Assembly (NCBI GenBank): GCA_951406725.2
Contig: OX597816.1
Location: 75,578,001 to 75,642,000, forward strand
DNA length: 64,000 bases
From: Octopus vulgaris
Lineage: Eukaryota
Direction: 5' to 3'
In this document: positions 25,953 through 39,171 of the stretch, in pieces
How positions within the stretch are numbered: position 1 is the first letter of the stretch
Layout of the letters: every line of letters starts with the position of its first letter
Made by a program: the position numbers and the translations under genes
The notes under the pieces: model-generated
Databases searched by the model: none
Told to the model about the DNA's origin: nothing
What the model saw: only the letters and a program-made list of their open reading frames with translations

Positions 25953-26438
25953 ACAGTATATCTGTTTAAACGCGTTCGCGCGCACACATACGCACACGCA
26001 TGTGTGAGTGCCTGTCTCCCACTTCACTCAGTAGCAATTGTTGTTTTAACTGATGATAAACAATAAGATGACTAAAAAATTAGATAGATTTCAAAAACAA
26101 ATAAGTAGTAACGCATATGATGTGTACATAATTTTATATGAATTAAGTCCAGATTATATAAATGTTAAGAAGACATTCTTAACACTGGGAAAAAATTAAT
26201 GTACACCATGTTCGTTTTATTTTTTAGATATTGTGACCATATGTACAGCACATTGTGTAGTTCATGACAGCAGCATGCAACTGTCTATGCGAAAGGTTTA
26301 TTTTATTAAACGATTGATATTGAGCTCTAATAACTGTCTTAAAGAAAATCATTCGGATTGGAGATTGTAATTGTGGCAGAGAGGTGTCATAAGGGTTCAG
26401 TTTTTCCTGGCACTATGGCATATTTTCCAAAATGTTTA

Positions 26439-26727
26439 TGTGGAGATGAGCCGGAAGAAGAGGGATATGGCGTCAGTAGTCAAGGGACTGACCGGAAGAT
26501 GAAGCGTGAGAAAGGAAGTGCGGGGTGGTGATAGGACAGGGTCGTTCTCTTTTGGCTGGCCGAGGCATCGCAAACGGACGTCAGGGAATTCGCTCTCGAG
26601 TTGGTGACATAACAGCTGCTTATACTGGGTGACAGGGTAGAGCAGGATCGTCGGAGTGACTACTACAAGACGGGCGCAGACGAGAGAGGTAGGTAGGTGC
26701 CTCTCTTTTCATTTCCCACGTACGAAA
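26439..26727 (+). repeat. 5' LTR
   Basis: TGTGGAGATGAGCCGGAAGAAGAGGG...TTTCCCACGTACGAAA. Confidence 0.9.
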
Positions 26728-29695
26728 AGGTATTTCAGCAATTGTATACAGACGTCGTTGTCTGTATACAATAAGGATCGGCAGTGAAGTCGTCAGAACT
26801 TTCTATGGCGAAGGTGACATTGTAGCCTGGATTCGAAAGATCAAAGTTGTGGCCGGGTTACAAGGCATCGAAGATTTAGCGAGCCTCATGGCCCTGTATT
26901 TGGAGGGGAGTGCGTTGGTACTGTACCTCGAAATAGATGAAGAAAGGATAGAGCAGCTATGCACAGATGGAGAGTACGCCGCTTTTGCTAAGCTGGGAAC
27001 GATCAGATGGAGAGGGGAAAAAGTCGACGAATACGCTGCGGAGGTACAGAGGCTGGTTGTGTTGTCTGGTCTTACAGGCGAGGGACTCGAGAAAGTAGCG
27101 CGACCGGTTTTTGTGAACTGCTTTCCCGACGACGTATCGGTGCGACAACAGTTGCCAGGCGGCAACAAAATGGCGATGAGAGAGCTCATCGTTCAAGCCC
27201 GCGTGCTGACATAAAACACAAGGCGAAAGGCAGTGGTGATGGCAGCTACAGAAGCCCGCAAATCTGCACAACGGCTAGTGAAGGACGAAGGACCGCACAT
27301 AGCGAGGGTCTGCGCGGAGCCCGGACCGGTTTGCTATCCGTGCAAATAGACTGGGCCTCTCGCCCGAAATTGTAGCCAGGGAAAAGGCCACGGAGAAGTT
27401 GTTGCCTCTCAAACTTCCCCCGCGAACGAGTAGAGGCGTTTGTGAAGTCACTGCTCGCAGTTGAGGTCGTGGTCAGGTGAAACACGTTCAAGGTCCTCGT
27501 GGACACGGGCTACACAACGACTCTCGTGACCTCGAGGGTGACAAAGAAATGGAAGGGGACGACGGCAGCGAAATCGAACACAAGGGTAGCAGCGATGTGG
27601 ATATAGCGGTGCGAGGCACAACGCTAAGGCTTCGGGCGATCGTGATCGATCACGTGGTAGGCAGGATCGACGTGATAATGGGGATGGACGCAATCGACCG
27701 CCTTGGAGGAGACGTGGTTTCGTTTGGTGCCGTGAGTCTGGAATGTGAGCAAGAGCAGAGCCTAGCGAGCAGCTGCACCGCCTACGCCATTGAAAACAAA
27801 GCTTTTCGGGCGGAGTTCGATGGTCAGCGATGGACGATAGAGTGGCACTGGAAAGAGGGACCCGCGACGCTGAAGAACAAAGTGAGCTGCTTCCAGCCTA
27901 CTCTGAAAGGGCACGCATGGGGCAAGTTTGAAGAAGAGGTAGAGAAGTGGATTAAGGAAGGTGTCCTTATCCTGTGGAAAGAGGAGGTGGTGAACGGAGT
28001 GCTACCTCTAATGACAGTGGTGCAGCCAACAAAGGGCAAAATTAGACTGGTACTGGACTTTCGGGAGATGAACGGCTATGTATCGTGCCACACAAGTGGC
28101 GAGGCGACCGATGTCTCCGATGAGACGCTGCGCGTATGAAGGCAGTCGACTAAGGCGGCGACGATCGTCGACTTGAAGTCGGCATATTTGCAGCTCCATG
28201 TGAGCGACAAACTGTGGAATTACCAACTGGTGCGATACAAGGGCTGGACATATTGTCTGACAAGGCTGGGTTTTGGACTGAATTCTGCGCCGAAGATCAT
28301 GGCGACAGTGCTCAATCCATCCTGGGAAAAGTGATAGGATAAGAAGGGCCACCAGTTCCTACATAGATGACATCCTAGTGAACGTAGTGTCTGCCACAGA
28401 GGTTGTGAGACATTTGAAGAAATTTGGGTTGATTGCGAAGCCACCGGAGCCAATGGCTGGAGGAGCTGCACTGGGGCTTAAGCTTCAGAGAGACAGAACA
28501 GGCGAGTTGGTGTTTCGTAGGGGGAACGAGATCCCGGAGCTGGGTACCAACGTCAGCAGGAGAGAACTGTTGTCAATGTGCGGGAATTTAGTAGGTCATT
28601 ACCCGATCGCGGGGTGGCTGCGTACGGCATGCAGTTACACCAAGAGACAAGCAGAAGGGGAGAACTGGAGTGATGAGGTAGGAGAGGGGACGGAGGCGAT
28701 GATGCGAGAAATCCTGGAGAGGACGAGAGCGGAAGACCCAGACAGAGGGAACTGGCATGTGCCCAAATCGGATAGCGGGACCGTATGGTGTAATGCTAGC
28801 AGCATTGTGATAGGCGTCTTGTAGGAATCAGAGGTATCGAAGTGGAGGATGCCGCCTGGCTTCAAAAAGTAGACGACTACAGCTACATAAATGTCGCTGA
28901 GTTGGACTCAGTGCTGAAGGGAGTGAATTTAGCCCTGAAATGGGGGCTGCGCTCCATCGAAATCAGGACGGATTCGGCTACCGTGCTTGGCTGGGTAGGA
29001 TCGGTGATCACCGATGACAAGAGGGTGCGAACCAAAGGGGCTGCGGAAATGCTAGGTATTCTTAGAGCGGGGCCCTGTGGACGAATTGCTGATGGACAAC
29101 AGCACAGCATTTCGTTCGGAGGCGCTGAAGGATATGCTTGACAGGTGGAAAGTGCACCGCTTTTTCAGAGTAGCATACAGGCCGAGTTGAAATGGGATCG
29201 TGGAGAGACATCATCGAACGATCAAGGCCATGGCGGAGAAGGAGACATGTCTCGCCGCCGGAAGCGGTGTTCTGGTATAACATGTCGCCCCGATCAGTAC
29301 AGGCCGAAGAGTCCGTGTCACATAGAGCGATATTCAAAATGAATGGCGGCATCCGAGTAAACCATCGAGATGCCCTGTAGAAAAGAGAGGGCCCAACTTC
29401 ATGAAGGTGGGAGATGAAGTCTTGGTCAAGCCACCAAAGGCACGCTGCACAACTCAGTGGAACAGAGGAATAGTAACGGCTGTCAATTCCAAAAACAACA
29501 TCTCTGTGGATGGAATGTCACGTCAAGTCTTGGATGTTCGTAGGATTGTCGGTTGTCAGATGATGGTTGTGGAGAAGAGAAAGAGAATGAGGTTCCCAGT
29601 TTAAGAAAGTCACAACGTGCAAAGCGCCCACCTAGGTGGGTGGTAGATTTCGGAATAAAGTGAAGTGAGGAGGTGATCTTTGAGATCAGGGGGCG

Positions 29696-29981
29696 TGTGG
29701 GGATGAGCCGGAAGAAGAGGGCCATTACGTCAATGGTCAAGGGACTGACTGTAAGAGGAAGCATGAGAAGGGAAGTACGGCGGGGGGACAGAACAGGGTC
29801 GTTCTCTTTTGGCGGCAGTGGCATCGCAAACGGACGTCAGGGAATTCTCTCGGGTTGGTGAGATAGCAGCAGCTTATTCTGGGTGACAGGGTAGGGCAGG
29901 ATCATCAGAGTAACTAGTACTAGACGGGTGCAGATGAGAGAAGAAGGTAGGTGAACCTCTTTTCGTTTCCCATGCATGACA
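29696..29981 (+). repeat. 3' LTR
   Basis: TGTGGGGATGAGCCGGAAGAAGAGGG...TTTCCCATGCATGACA. Confidence 0.9.
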
Positions 29982-30274
29982 GTTTACTTTTTGCATGACA
30001 GTTTACTTTTTGTACACGTTCATGTGATTGGGTCATTTAAATTCTTGTCCCTGTAACTGAAAGCTTAATATTTAAACGTTGCGCCAGCTTTATAAAATAT
30101 TTCTTACTCAAGATTAAGACATAGCTGGAGTACTTCACTAATGTTACAGCTGTTTAAGAACTTTGGCTAACTGTACAGATTTTCTTTTCCATCGTAGGAA
30201 ACAATGTTTCGTGACTTTTCCGCCAACAAATATGTTAACTTCGTCATTTATAGAATCATCATTATTACTCAGAC

Positions 30275-30705
30275 TCTCTCTTTACTCTTTACTCTTTTAC
30301 TTGTTTCAGTCATTTGCTTGTGGTCATGGTGGAGCACCGCCTTTAGTCGAGCAAATCGACCCCAGGACTTATTCATTGTAAGCCTAGTACTTATTCTATC
30401 GGTCTCTTTTGCCGAACCGCTAGGTTACAGGGACGTAAACACACCAGCATCGGTTGTCAAGTGATGTTGGGGGGACAAACACAGACACACAAACACACAC
30501 ACACATACACACACACACATACGCACACATATACATATATACGACGGGCTTCTTTCAGTTTCCGCCTACCAAATTCATTCACAAGGCTCTGGTCGGCCCG
30601 AGGCCATAGTAGAAGACACTTGCCCGAGGCGCTACGCAGTGGGACTGAACCTGGAACCATGTGGTTCGTAAGCAAGTTACTTACCACACAGCCACTCCTA
30701 CGCCT
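30275..30705 (-). mobile_element. SINE family A, full length
   Basis: Complete reverse-complement copy. Confidence 0.9.
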
Positions 30706-31899
30706 ATATACACTCCCTCCTTAGTTTGAGAGATCGAATAGACTGCCAAAAACTTGATTTATCATTTAACGTTATTCAAAACAACCTGAACTTAATCTTG
30801 CTATCAGCGTCCAGTTCTTTCCTTTTCACAAACATTAAGAATATTCTCCCAGTCGCAGTCCTGTAGTCTCATCTTTATGATACATTTCAGCTTGATCACA
30901 CCACTCCAAAACGAAAAATTTATTTTATGATCACGATAGCAGGCAGCCTTACCACGTTTCTTTTAAATAGGAAGTGTTGGTCTAAAATCACCCAGACACA
31001 TTTAACTTGTCCTCAAAATGTAAATAATTTTGGAAACGAAATGCAAGATCAATAACTTCATGCACACACTTCAACATTTGTAGTGCTTCATCCCAATAGA
31101 ACAAAGTACAATTTCGAATATCTCTTTTTTTATTGTTGCTATTTTGTCGTTGACACCAATATTGCAAACAGAATCCCTATCAATAGAAATTGGAACATAG
31201 AAAGTTGAATGAGCTGTTGAATCGCTTTTATAGAACAATGCAGCAGTACTATAGATTCAACAATGAAAACTGGTTGGTCCAAACATGCTTTTCACATAAT
31301 CGATAATTGTTCGATTGAAATATGTCTTCCGGAGCCGTTACTTCTATCAAAAAAGAATATTTGAACTTGGTTTGTTATCCTGCGTGGTATACATTATAGT
31401 GTCAAAAGTATGTCGTGCTCTTGGTTAAATTTTTCTTTCTGACTATTAACTTCAGTTCACTGTAGGCTGTTGGAGGTAATTAAAAGGTTTGATTCGTCTG
31501 GTGCAGACAACACAAGGATGAGCTCGCTGATAAAATGAAGTCCTGTTTTAGAAATAGGAAGGTTGTAAAATATACACTCATCGTTAGGACAATGTAATCG
31601 ATGGTCTTTTGACATAGACACCTTGAGATTTTGAACGAAACCCGTTTGATTTGAGATTTTTAAAACAACTGCAATTTTTCGAATCTAAGATGCTGAAAAG
31701 CCATCAGTAATTTCTCATGAAATTTGTTAAATATGAATAAATTTGCATTTGTATGTTTAACTTTGGTACTCGCTAACAATTTTAGTTCCCGAAGTGAAGA
31801 TGCCATAGACATATGTCGTGAAATTATACACAGATGATATTTTTCAGAATCGCAAGATCTGACAATTTCATTCTTTCAAGAGACAATCCACTTATTCTC

Positions 31900-32780
31900 T
31901 TATCAAAGTGTCTTTATATTAATACGCATCAATTGTTTTGTAACGTCGAGATCCTTGTACTGCGAAATGAAACTATTTGCCGCTAAATTTCTGTGAAATG
32001 GCCTGGAAAGTCTATCAAAATAACTCTACGAAAGATAACTAATACATCCTACGCGTTGTGCAAGTGAAAACAAATTTCATTTGAGTTGTAGGAAACAACT
32101 AGTTTCTCCCATATACACCATAGAAAACAATGAAATAGATGAAATTATTCAGACCTGGGGCAAATCGTGAGAGATACATACATACACAGCTAACAACATG
32201 CACTTTTGCAATGTAATCAGTATCCGTCGACGTAGAAAATCGTCCAGATCGTATGTCTTTACGTTCTGAGTTCAAATTCCGCCGAGGTCGACTTTGCCTT
32301 TCATCCTTTCGGGGTCGATAAATTAAGTACCAGTTGCGTACTGGGGTCGATCTAATCGACTGGCCTCCTCCCCCAAAATTGCGGGCCTTGTGCCTAGAGT
32401 AGAAAAAGAAAAAAAAAAAAAGTCGGTCAGATTTGGGGTCATCTTCGGTGCATATTCTTCCCGATTTGAAATGCTTGCACTGCTCGCAATATTGCGTACG
32501 GCCTACACATAGCTCCATAGCTCTCTTGCAATTTCAGAACAGTCCGTGAAAGTTTTGCCTGATTTAAAACAGAATTTCACACAAATAAATAGCCAAGTAC
32601 ACTAAGTATATGTTTGCTCTAACATTTGTAGTTCGATACACGTATATGTTGTGTATAAGCAATCTTGAATGAAAGTCAAAATTGCTTATACATAACATAT
32701 GACACTGCAATCACGGGCATGCTGCGCCAGCTAGTTGGCACGATATCTTGAAAGATTTTTCTTTTTGGACAGATCCCATA
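31900..32780 (-). mobile_element. Decayed mariner transposase N-terminus interrupted by a SINE D
   Basis: EQCKHFKSGRICTEDDPKSDR [insert] SGRFSTSTDTDYIAKV matches the mariner HTH/GRP region. Confidence 0.6.
32252..32421 (+). mobile_element. SINE family D, 5'-truncated
   Basis: TTCTGAGTTCAAATTCCGCCGAGGTCGACTTTGCCTTTCATCCTTTCGGGGTCGATAAATTAAGTACCAG with an A-rich tail. Confidence 0.85.
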
Positions 32781-32805
32781 TTTGTGTATGTATGTACACA
32801 CACTC

Positions 32806-33093
32806 GGTACTATTTAAGAAGAGTGGTCCCGGTGCGCGAACTCGCGTACTCGCGCACTCGCGTACTCGCGCATCCGCGCTAGCTAGTCGTGACTAGTCGA
32901 TCCTACAACGACTACCTAGCAAAGTAAATAAAACACAAAATAAATAATTTTGTTTACACAAAATAAATAATTTTTTAAACAAAGTAAATAAAGCACAAAA
33001 ACACAAAATAAGGATCGACTAGTCACGACTAGCTAGCGCGGATGCGCAAGTACGCGAGTGCGCGCACCGAGACCACTCTTCTTAAATAGTACC
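32806..33093. mobile_element. MITE with long CpG-rich TIRs
   Basis: GGTACTATTTAAGAAGAGTGGTC...GACTAGTCGATCCT and its reverse complement; CTC duplicated on both flanks (3-bp TSD). Confidence 0.85.
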
Positions 33094-34090
33094 CTCACCC
33101 TCATACACACACACACACACACACGCTCACACACACACACACGCCCACACATACATACATACACATACAGACAGACATACACGTACATATGAAGAAAATG
33201 ACTGGGTGGTAAATCTGTTTTGGAAATCTGTATCAAAACGTTTCTGTCATATTTAATTTTTTTTTCTTATCTTCATTCTTTTTATCTGTAATGTCGGTTT
33301 CTGTCAACATATAAGTCTTCCCTTTTTTTTATTTTTATCTTCGTTCCTCCTCTCATTCTGTTTATTTACGATCCCATTGCAATTCTAGGAAGTAGATTTG
33401 AAGATTATCTTACTCCGATCATAAATGACACCAGAAAGAGCATAAAACCTGTGCGCACACACACACTTTCGAAGAAAAAAACAAGCAAAAAACCCCCAAG
33501 AATAACGTAGGTGAAAACACACTCCCCCCCCCCCAAAAAAAAACCCCAGAAAAAAAAACTATGCTTTTCTGTACATGTCTTTGTCCAACCTTATCTTATT
33601 TCCTCTTTCCCACCTCTGTCTGTCTGTCTGTCTGTCTGTCAGTCTGTCTGTCTCTCTGTCAGTCTGTCTGTCTGTCTCTCTGTCAGTCTGTCTGTCTGTC
33701 TGTCTGCCTGCCTGTCTGTCTGTCTCTGTCCTCTCTTCTTCGTCCTTGCCCTTTCTTTCCTTCCATCTTGATACTGTGCATTATAATAAGGTTTAAGTTA
33801 TCGCTTTGGCCATTTCCATTAATGACCAGGAGAAAGGTAAAAGACAAAAACAAAAACAAAACGAAAACAAAGAAAATTAAAAAAAGAAAAGGAAAAAGTT
33901 CGTGCGCGCGTGTATGTAGGATGGTAATGATGGTCGTGGTGTGAAGTGGTTTGTCCAAATGACTGGTGCATGCCTTAGTCAACATGTTCCAAGAGTGATT
34001 TCCATGTAAATGCTTGTCTACTTTTAAGTTTATTGATTGAGGGTAAGTAACAATCAGTTATGGCGAGATATTGGACAACAATCAAGATGA

Positions 34091-34132
<42 letters not shown>

Positions 34133-34139
34133 CTGAGAG

Positions 34140-34350
34140 AGAGAGGGAGAGGTTGAGAGAGAGAGAGATATGTATATTGATAGAAGGAAAAAGGAAATTT
34201 GGCATGATAGGAGATAGAACAGAGAAATAGACAGACTGATAAATAGATTAAGAGAGAGTGAGGGAGAGAGAGAGAGGGAGGAAGAGGAAGATGGAGAGAA
34301 AGAAAGGGAGGGAGGAAGAGAAAGATAGATAGCTAGCTAGCTAGCTAGCT

Positions 34351-34397
<47 letters not shown>

Positions 34398-35026
34398 TAT
34401 ATATTGATAGAAGGAAAAAGGGAAAGCTGGAATGATAAAAGGAGATAGAAGTATAGAGAAATAGACAGACTGATAGATTAAGAGAGAGTGAGGGAGAAAG
34501 AGAGAGGGAGGAAGAGAATGATGGAGAGAGAGAAAGGGATGGAGGAAGAGAAAGATAGATAAAGAGAGAGAGAGAGGGAGGAAGAGAAAGATAGACAGAT
34601 AGATAGATAGAGAGAGGGAGTGAGAGAAAGAGAGGCGTGTATATTGATAGAAGGAAAACAGGAAAGCTGGAATGATAGAAGGAGATAGAACAGAAATAGA
34701 CAGACTGATAGATAGATTAAGAGAGAGAGTGAGGGAGAAAGAGAGAGGGAGGAAGAGAAAGATGGAGAGAGAGAAAGGGAGGGAAGAAGAGAAAGATGAG
34801 AAAGATAGATAGATAGAGGGAGGGAAGAAGAGATAGAGAGAGAGAGAGAGAAAGAGAGGCGTGTATATTGATAGAAGGAAAAAAGGAAAGCTGGAATGAT
34901 AGGAGATAGAACAGAGAAACAGACAGACTGATAGATAGATTAAGAGAGAGGGAGAGTGAGAGAAAGAGAGAGGGAGGAAGAGAAAGATCGAGGGAGAGAG
35001 AGAAAGGGAGGGAGGAAGAGAAAGAT

Positions 35027-35070
<44 letters not shown>
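34140..35070. repeat. GA-rich minisatellite, four units of about 225-240 bp
   Basis: TATATTGATAGAAGGAAAA...GAAATAGACAGACTGATAGA recurs near 34171, 34398, 34638 and 34863. Confidence 0.85.
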
Positions 35071-35073
<3 letters not shown>

Positions 35074-35458
35074 GAAAGGAAGTGCGAGAGAGGAAATTAT
35101 GGTTCGATATTCGTTGAAACAGTAGTTACGGTCAAAAAAGCAAATGGATAAGCAGTTTGAGAAAAACAGTAACTGCATGCAGTTGCTTAGCACCGGTTAG
35201 CTTTGATCAACCATTCATCTCGTTTTTCTTTTCTTTTCAAAAACCGTGTATTCAATGTATCCTCCCGCTTTTTTTTTTAAAGATGGGAGAGTGTGATTTG
35301 AAGGAGAATTGTTTCTTAATTCTAGCACATCAAACGATCATGAAGAGCAGGAGTGAAAACATTTTGCTCACGGCAATGATTAGTCCGATTGTCAGCTCAA
35401 TTATATATATATATATATATATATAATCAAAATAAGCAACAAGGATATCCAGAGGTAA

Positions 35459-35546
35459 TGCAGTACGATCGTTTCATGCGACTCCATTTAATTGAACAAT
35501 GCAAATATTACATCAGTTTTAAAATGTAGAGCAATCTTCAGCTGCA
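35459..35546 (-). ncRNA. Hammerhead ribozyme, canonical core, extended stem II
   Basis: tgcag CTGAAGA ttgc...gcat GAAAC gatc GTA ctgca: perfect 5-bp stem I and palindromic stem III. Confidence 0.78.
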
Positions 35547-35699
35547 TAAAAATGTAGAATTTAATTAAATTCAAAGGATTCATTTGTATAGTTATTCTAT
35601 TAACCAAAATCACAAAGAGGATAAGTAGATAGGACATGTTTCATCAACAATATCATAGTAGTAACTGATATTTTTTCACAGGAAGATACTTATTTTTAT

Positions 35700-35960
35700 T
35701 CTATTGGTAAACACACCAACACCAGTTGTCAAGCAGTGATGGGGTGGGGGAAGATAAACACACACACACACACACAAATATATGAATATATGACGGACTT
35801 CTTTCAGTTTCCGTCTACCAGTTTCCGTCTACCAAATCCACTCACAAGACTTTGATAGGTTCGAGTATATAGTAGAAGACACTTGCCCAAGGAGCCATGC
35901 AATGGCACCGAACCCGGAACCATGTGGAAAGCAAGAAAGGTTCTTACCACACAGCCAAGC
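35700..35960 (-). mobile_element. SINE family A, diverged and partial
   Basis: TTTCAGTTTCCGTCTACCAAATCCACTCACAAG...TTACCACACAGCC. Confidence 0.75.
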
Positions 35961-37303
35961 CGGATGGTTTTTCCTATACATCTTTTCACATAAATTTTGC
36001 TAGCATCTCACTTTCTTCCCTATCTTTAATGTTTGTACAGTTGTTATAATGCATATTGATTCATTCATCCCTATATTGCTTAGGCCTAGATTACAAACGA
36101 GGTTTTTCGTTTCCAAAATAATTGCTCAAATCTGATCCCCAAGATTTAGCTTATTCTTGGTTCTAGCTTGCGAAATCTAGTTTATGCTTCAAAATGGTCC
36201 GAAAAGCTAAACAAATTTGACACTCTTGTTGTAAGAGGCTCTCTCGTTGGCGATATTATTGTGTGGCGGTGGTAGCGGCATTAGTAATAATCTTAGTTAT
36301 CGTTGTTGTGGGTACATAATTTACTTATTTTTCCACCCCAGTTCAAGCTGTTTTTTTTTGGTTACTTAAGGTATTCGCATTATGGCGAATAGTTAAAAAG
36401 TTCAATTCTCAATCACAAAGTCCCTATGAATATGACCCTTCACTCGAGCCATGACTCATGCTCTTACCCACGCTTCAACAAATATACCAAGCGGCATCGC
36501 CGTCCTCTTGGTCCTTCTATTTCTCACCGAGTAGAGAATGGTAAGGTCTCGGTCGAAGAGGAAAGTGTCTGTTCCCTGTCCTTTCGTTCGTGTCCACCGC
36601 ATTATCTCTATTGTCATAACTACTAGGTAGAGAAAAACTGTCCGTTCTTCATGGTCATAGGAAAGCGGCAGGGAAATAATGACAAGGACGACGACGACGA
36701 CGACGACGACGACGATGATGATGATGATGAATGCCCTGATGCAGTACCAGGCAGTGGCTCTCGTGGCTTCTGATCTTAACTGATTGGAAGTGTTATCATG
36801 TACATTGTTTTGTGTTGGTATAAAAGATTGGCTACAGCAAATATTCTGCTCAATACCACTGATTTGCTTGTCAGTTGTTTAACCTTAACCAGTTGAGCAT
36901 GCCCCTTAGTGGCTGACGATATGTGCATCTCTGATCACGAGCAGAAGTAGTGGGGGAGTATCATAGCCATGTGTTGAGAGGGATTCTTTGGGGTGTGAAT
37001 AATTTACCTCTGGAAACATGGGTGTTTCGTTCAATATCCTTAAACAACTCTTATTCAGGGACCTTTTGAGTGGGATGGGTTACTCGACCAGAAGAAAATT
37101 CTAACTAGGCCCCACCTGCAAGGTCATGCGCTGTATATCTTGATATGAGATCACCATGTCGCGCACATATGGTTGTGATGCATGTGCCTAGTGTACCCTT
37201 ATCAGACGGGTAGTCATGATGGGTATACTGAGCTTCGTATATTTTACCCTAGTGTCACTTTGATGGCATGCACTGCTCTCTCACTCAATAATAATAATAA
37301 TAA

Positions 37304-37520
37304 CAGGAAGAATTTGGAGCATGCGAACAGTAAAGGTTGTGCCTGTAATAATTGGTGCGTTGGCAACAGTAAGCCAAAATATAGACAAATGAAGGAGATT
37401 GAAACAGGATGCCCGGTTGAGCGCCCACTGAAAGTTTGTCTCTTAGAGACAGCAAGGATTATCAGGAGGATTCTAAGCACTTGAAAGACTGGAATAAGAC
37501 CGAACCTGAGCCAAACCAAA
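37304..37520 (+). mobile_element. 3' end of an R4/Dong-like element inside an (AAT)n tract
   Basis: RIWSMRTVKVVPVIIGALATV...LKVCLLETARIIRRILST*; (AAT)n on both sides. Confidence 0.7.
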
Positions 37521-37613
37521 ATAATAATGATAATAATAATAATAATAATAATAACGATAATAATAATAATAATAACGATAATAATAATAATAATGATAAT
37601 AATAATAATAATG

Positions 37614-37657
<44 letters not shown>

Positions 37658-37699
37658 CATAATAATAATAATAATCATAATAATAATAATCATAATAAT

Positions 37700-38110
37700 A
37701 GTTTCAAATTTTGCTGTAAGGCCTGAGATTTTTGGAGAAGGAGCTATTCGATCACATCGATCCCAGTGCTCAGCTGGTACTTAATTTTATCGACCCCAAA
37801 AAGATGAAAGGCAAGGTCGACCTCGGTGGAATTTGAACTCAACGAACGTAAAAATGGAAAAAAGAAATACCGCTAAACGATTTTACCTGCCCGCTGCCTT
37901 AATGATGATGATGATAATCCTTTCTACTATAGGCACAAGGCCTGGAATTTTGGGGGAGGGGACTAGTCGATTACACTGACCCTAGTGTTTCGTTGGTACT
38001 TAATTTATCGACCCCGAAAGGATGAAAGGCAAAGTCGACCTCGGCGTAATTTGAACTCAGAACGTAAACATAGACAGAAGAAATGCTGCTAAACGATTTT
38101 ACTCTACCGC
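37700..38110 (-). mobile_element. Two tandem SINE family D copies
   Basis: GGTACTTAATTTATCGACCCCGAAAGGATGAAAGGCAAAGTCGACCTCGG occurs twice. Confidence 0.8.
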
Positions 38111-38121
38111 AGCCTTAATAA

Positions 38122-38152
<31 letters not shown>

Positions 38153-38165
38153 TAATATAATAATG

Positions 38166-38203
<38 letters not shown>

Positions 38204-38917
38204 CTGACCAATGGAAAGAACTGCAGTTTTAAAAGCTTTCCATCGATCTGATTTCAGTCCTTCCTAGAGTATTATCTGTTATTCCAGAATAATTTACAAT
38301 GATGGATAAATTTTAAGTTTTCTTTTGAGTTGGGTAGGCATGTCCCAATGAACTGAAGAAGTCTACTAAAGGGAGATTATCTGAGAATATTGATTGCTAC
38401 AATGCATACTCATAAAAGTTGTATTTTCTGGCTTCATTTAGATATTTATATATAGGTTGACTTTCACTTTCAGTTTATCACTCAGTAATCTGTTATTATC
38501 TATTAGATAAATTCTCAAGTCTTAGCCTACGGCAGCCTCTTATCTACTAACTATATTATATAGTAAAACTTGTTTCATCTGGTAAGACTCACATTAAATG
38601 CGCTGCAAAAGGCAAAATTAAAAAAAGGATATATAAAAAAAAAAAAAAGACTTAGCAGCCATTGTTGTAAAGAAATTTATCGTAGCAGTTTTGGGTTCTT
38701 TACCGCTTTGCAACGCCCTGGGTAAGTATATTCTGCCACAGAATATCGAAGGTTGATCAATGTCATGCGAGTGGATTTTGTTGAAGGTAATCGTGTCGTG
38801 TCGAAGACTGTCGTGTGTGCGTGCGCACGTGTATAAATGTATGTGTATGTATATATGTATGTGTTTATGAGTGTGCATGTATGAGTATATGCGCGCATGT
38901 GTGTGTGTTGTGTGCAT

Positions 38918-38958
<41 letters not shown>

Positions 38959-39109
38959 TATATGCGTGCGTGTTTGTGTCTAACCGCTTGGCAATCTATG
39001 TTATAACCTCGTAACTTAACAATTAGGCAAAAACGAATCCGTTAGAAGTAACAGAATTAAAAAATTAATGCTGTTTGTTCCAGCATCTTATTAAATATAT
39101 ATGTATGTA

Positions 39110-39171
<62 letters not shown>

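Larger units (their letters stand above)
26439..29981 (+). mobile_element. Decayed Ty3/Gypsy LTR retrotransposon
   Basis: LTRs 26439-26727 and 29696-29981; 5-bp TSD GTTTA; purine tract before the 3' LTR; order gag, protease (VLVDTG), RT (LVLDFREMN, DLKSAYLQL, GFGLNSAP, SYIDDILV), RNase H (INVAELDSV, IRTDSATV), partial integrase (LLMDNSTAF, GIVERHHRTIK); many stops and frameshifts. Confidence 0.93.
24809..31060. mobile_element. Possible old DNA transposon bounded by ~220-bp inverted repeats, carrying nested SINEs and the LTR element
   Basis: 25213-25433 is a diverged reverse complement of 30839-31054; the left arm is split by SINE B. Confidence 0.5.

Noticed and set aside
34140-35070. Possible CRISPR-like or regularly spaced array
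   Set aside because: Low-complexity GA minisatellite without unique spacers, in a eukaryotic context with no cas genes.
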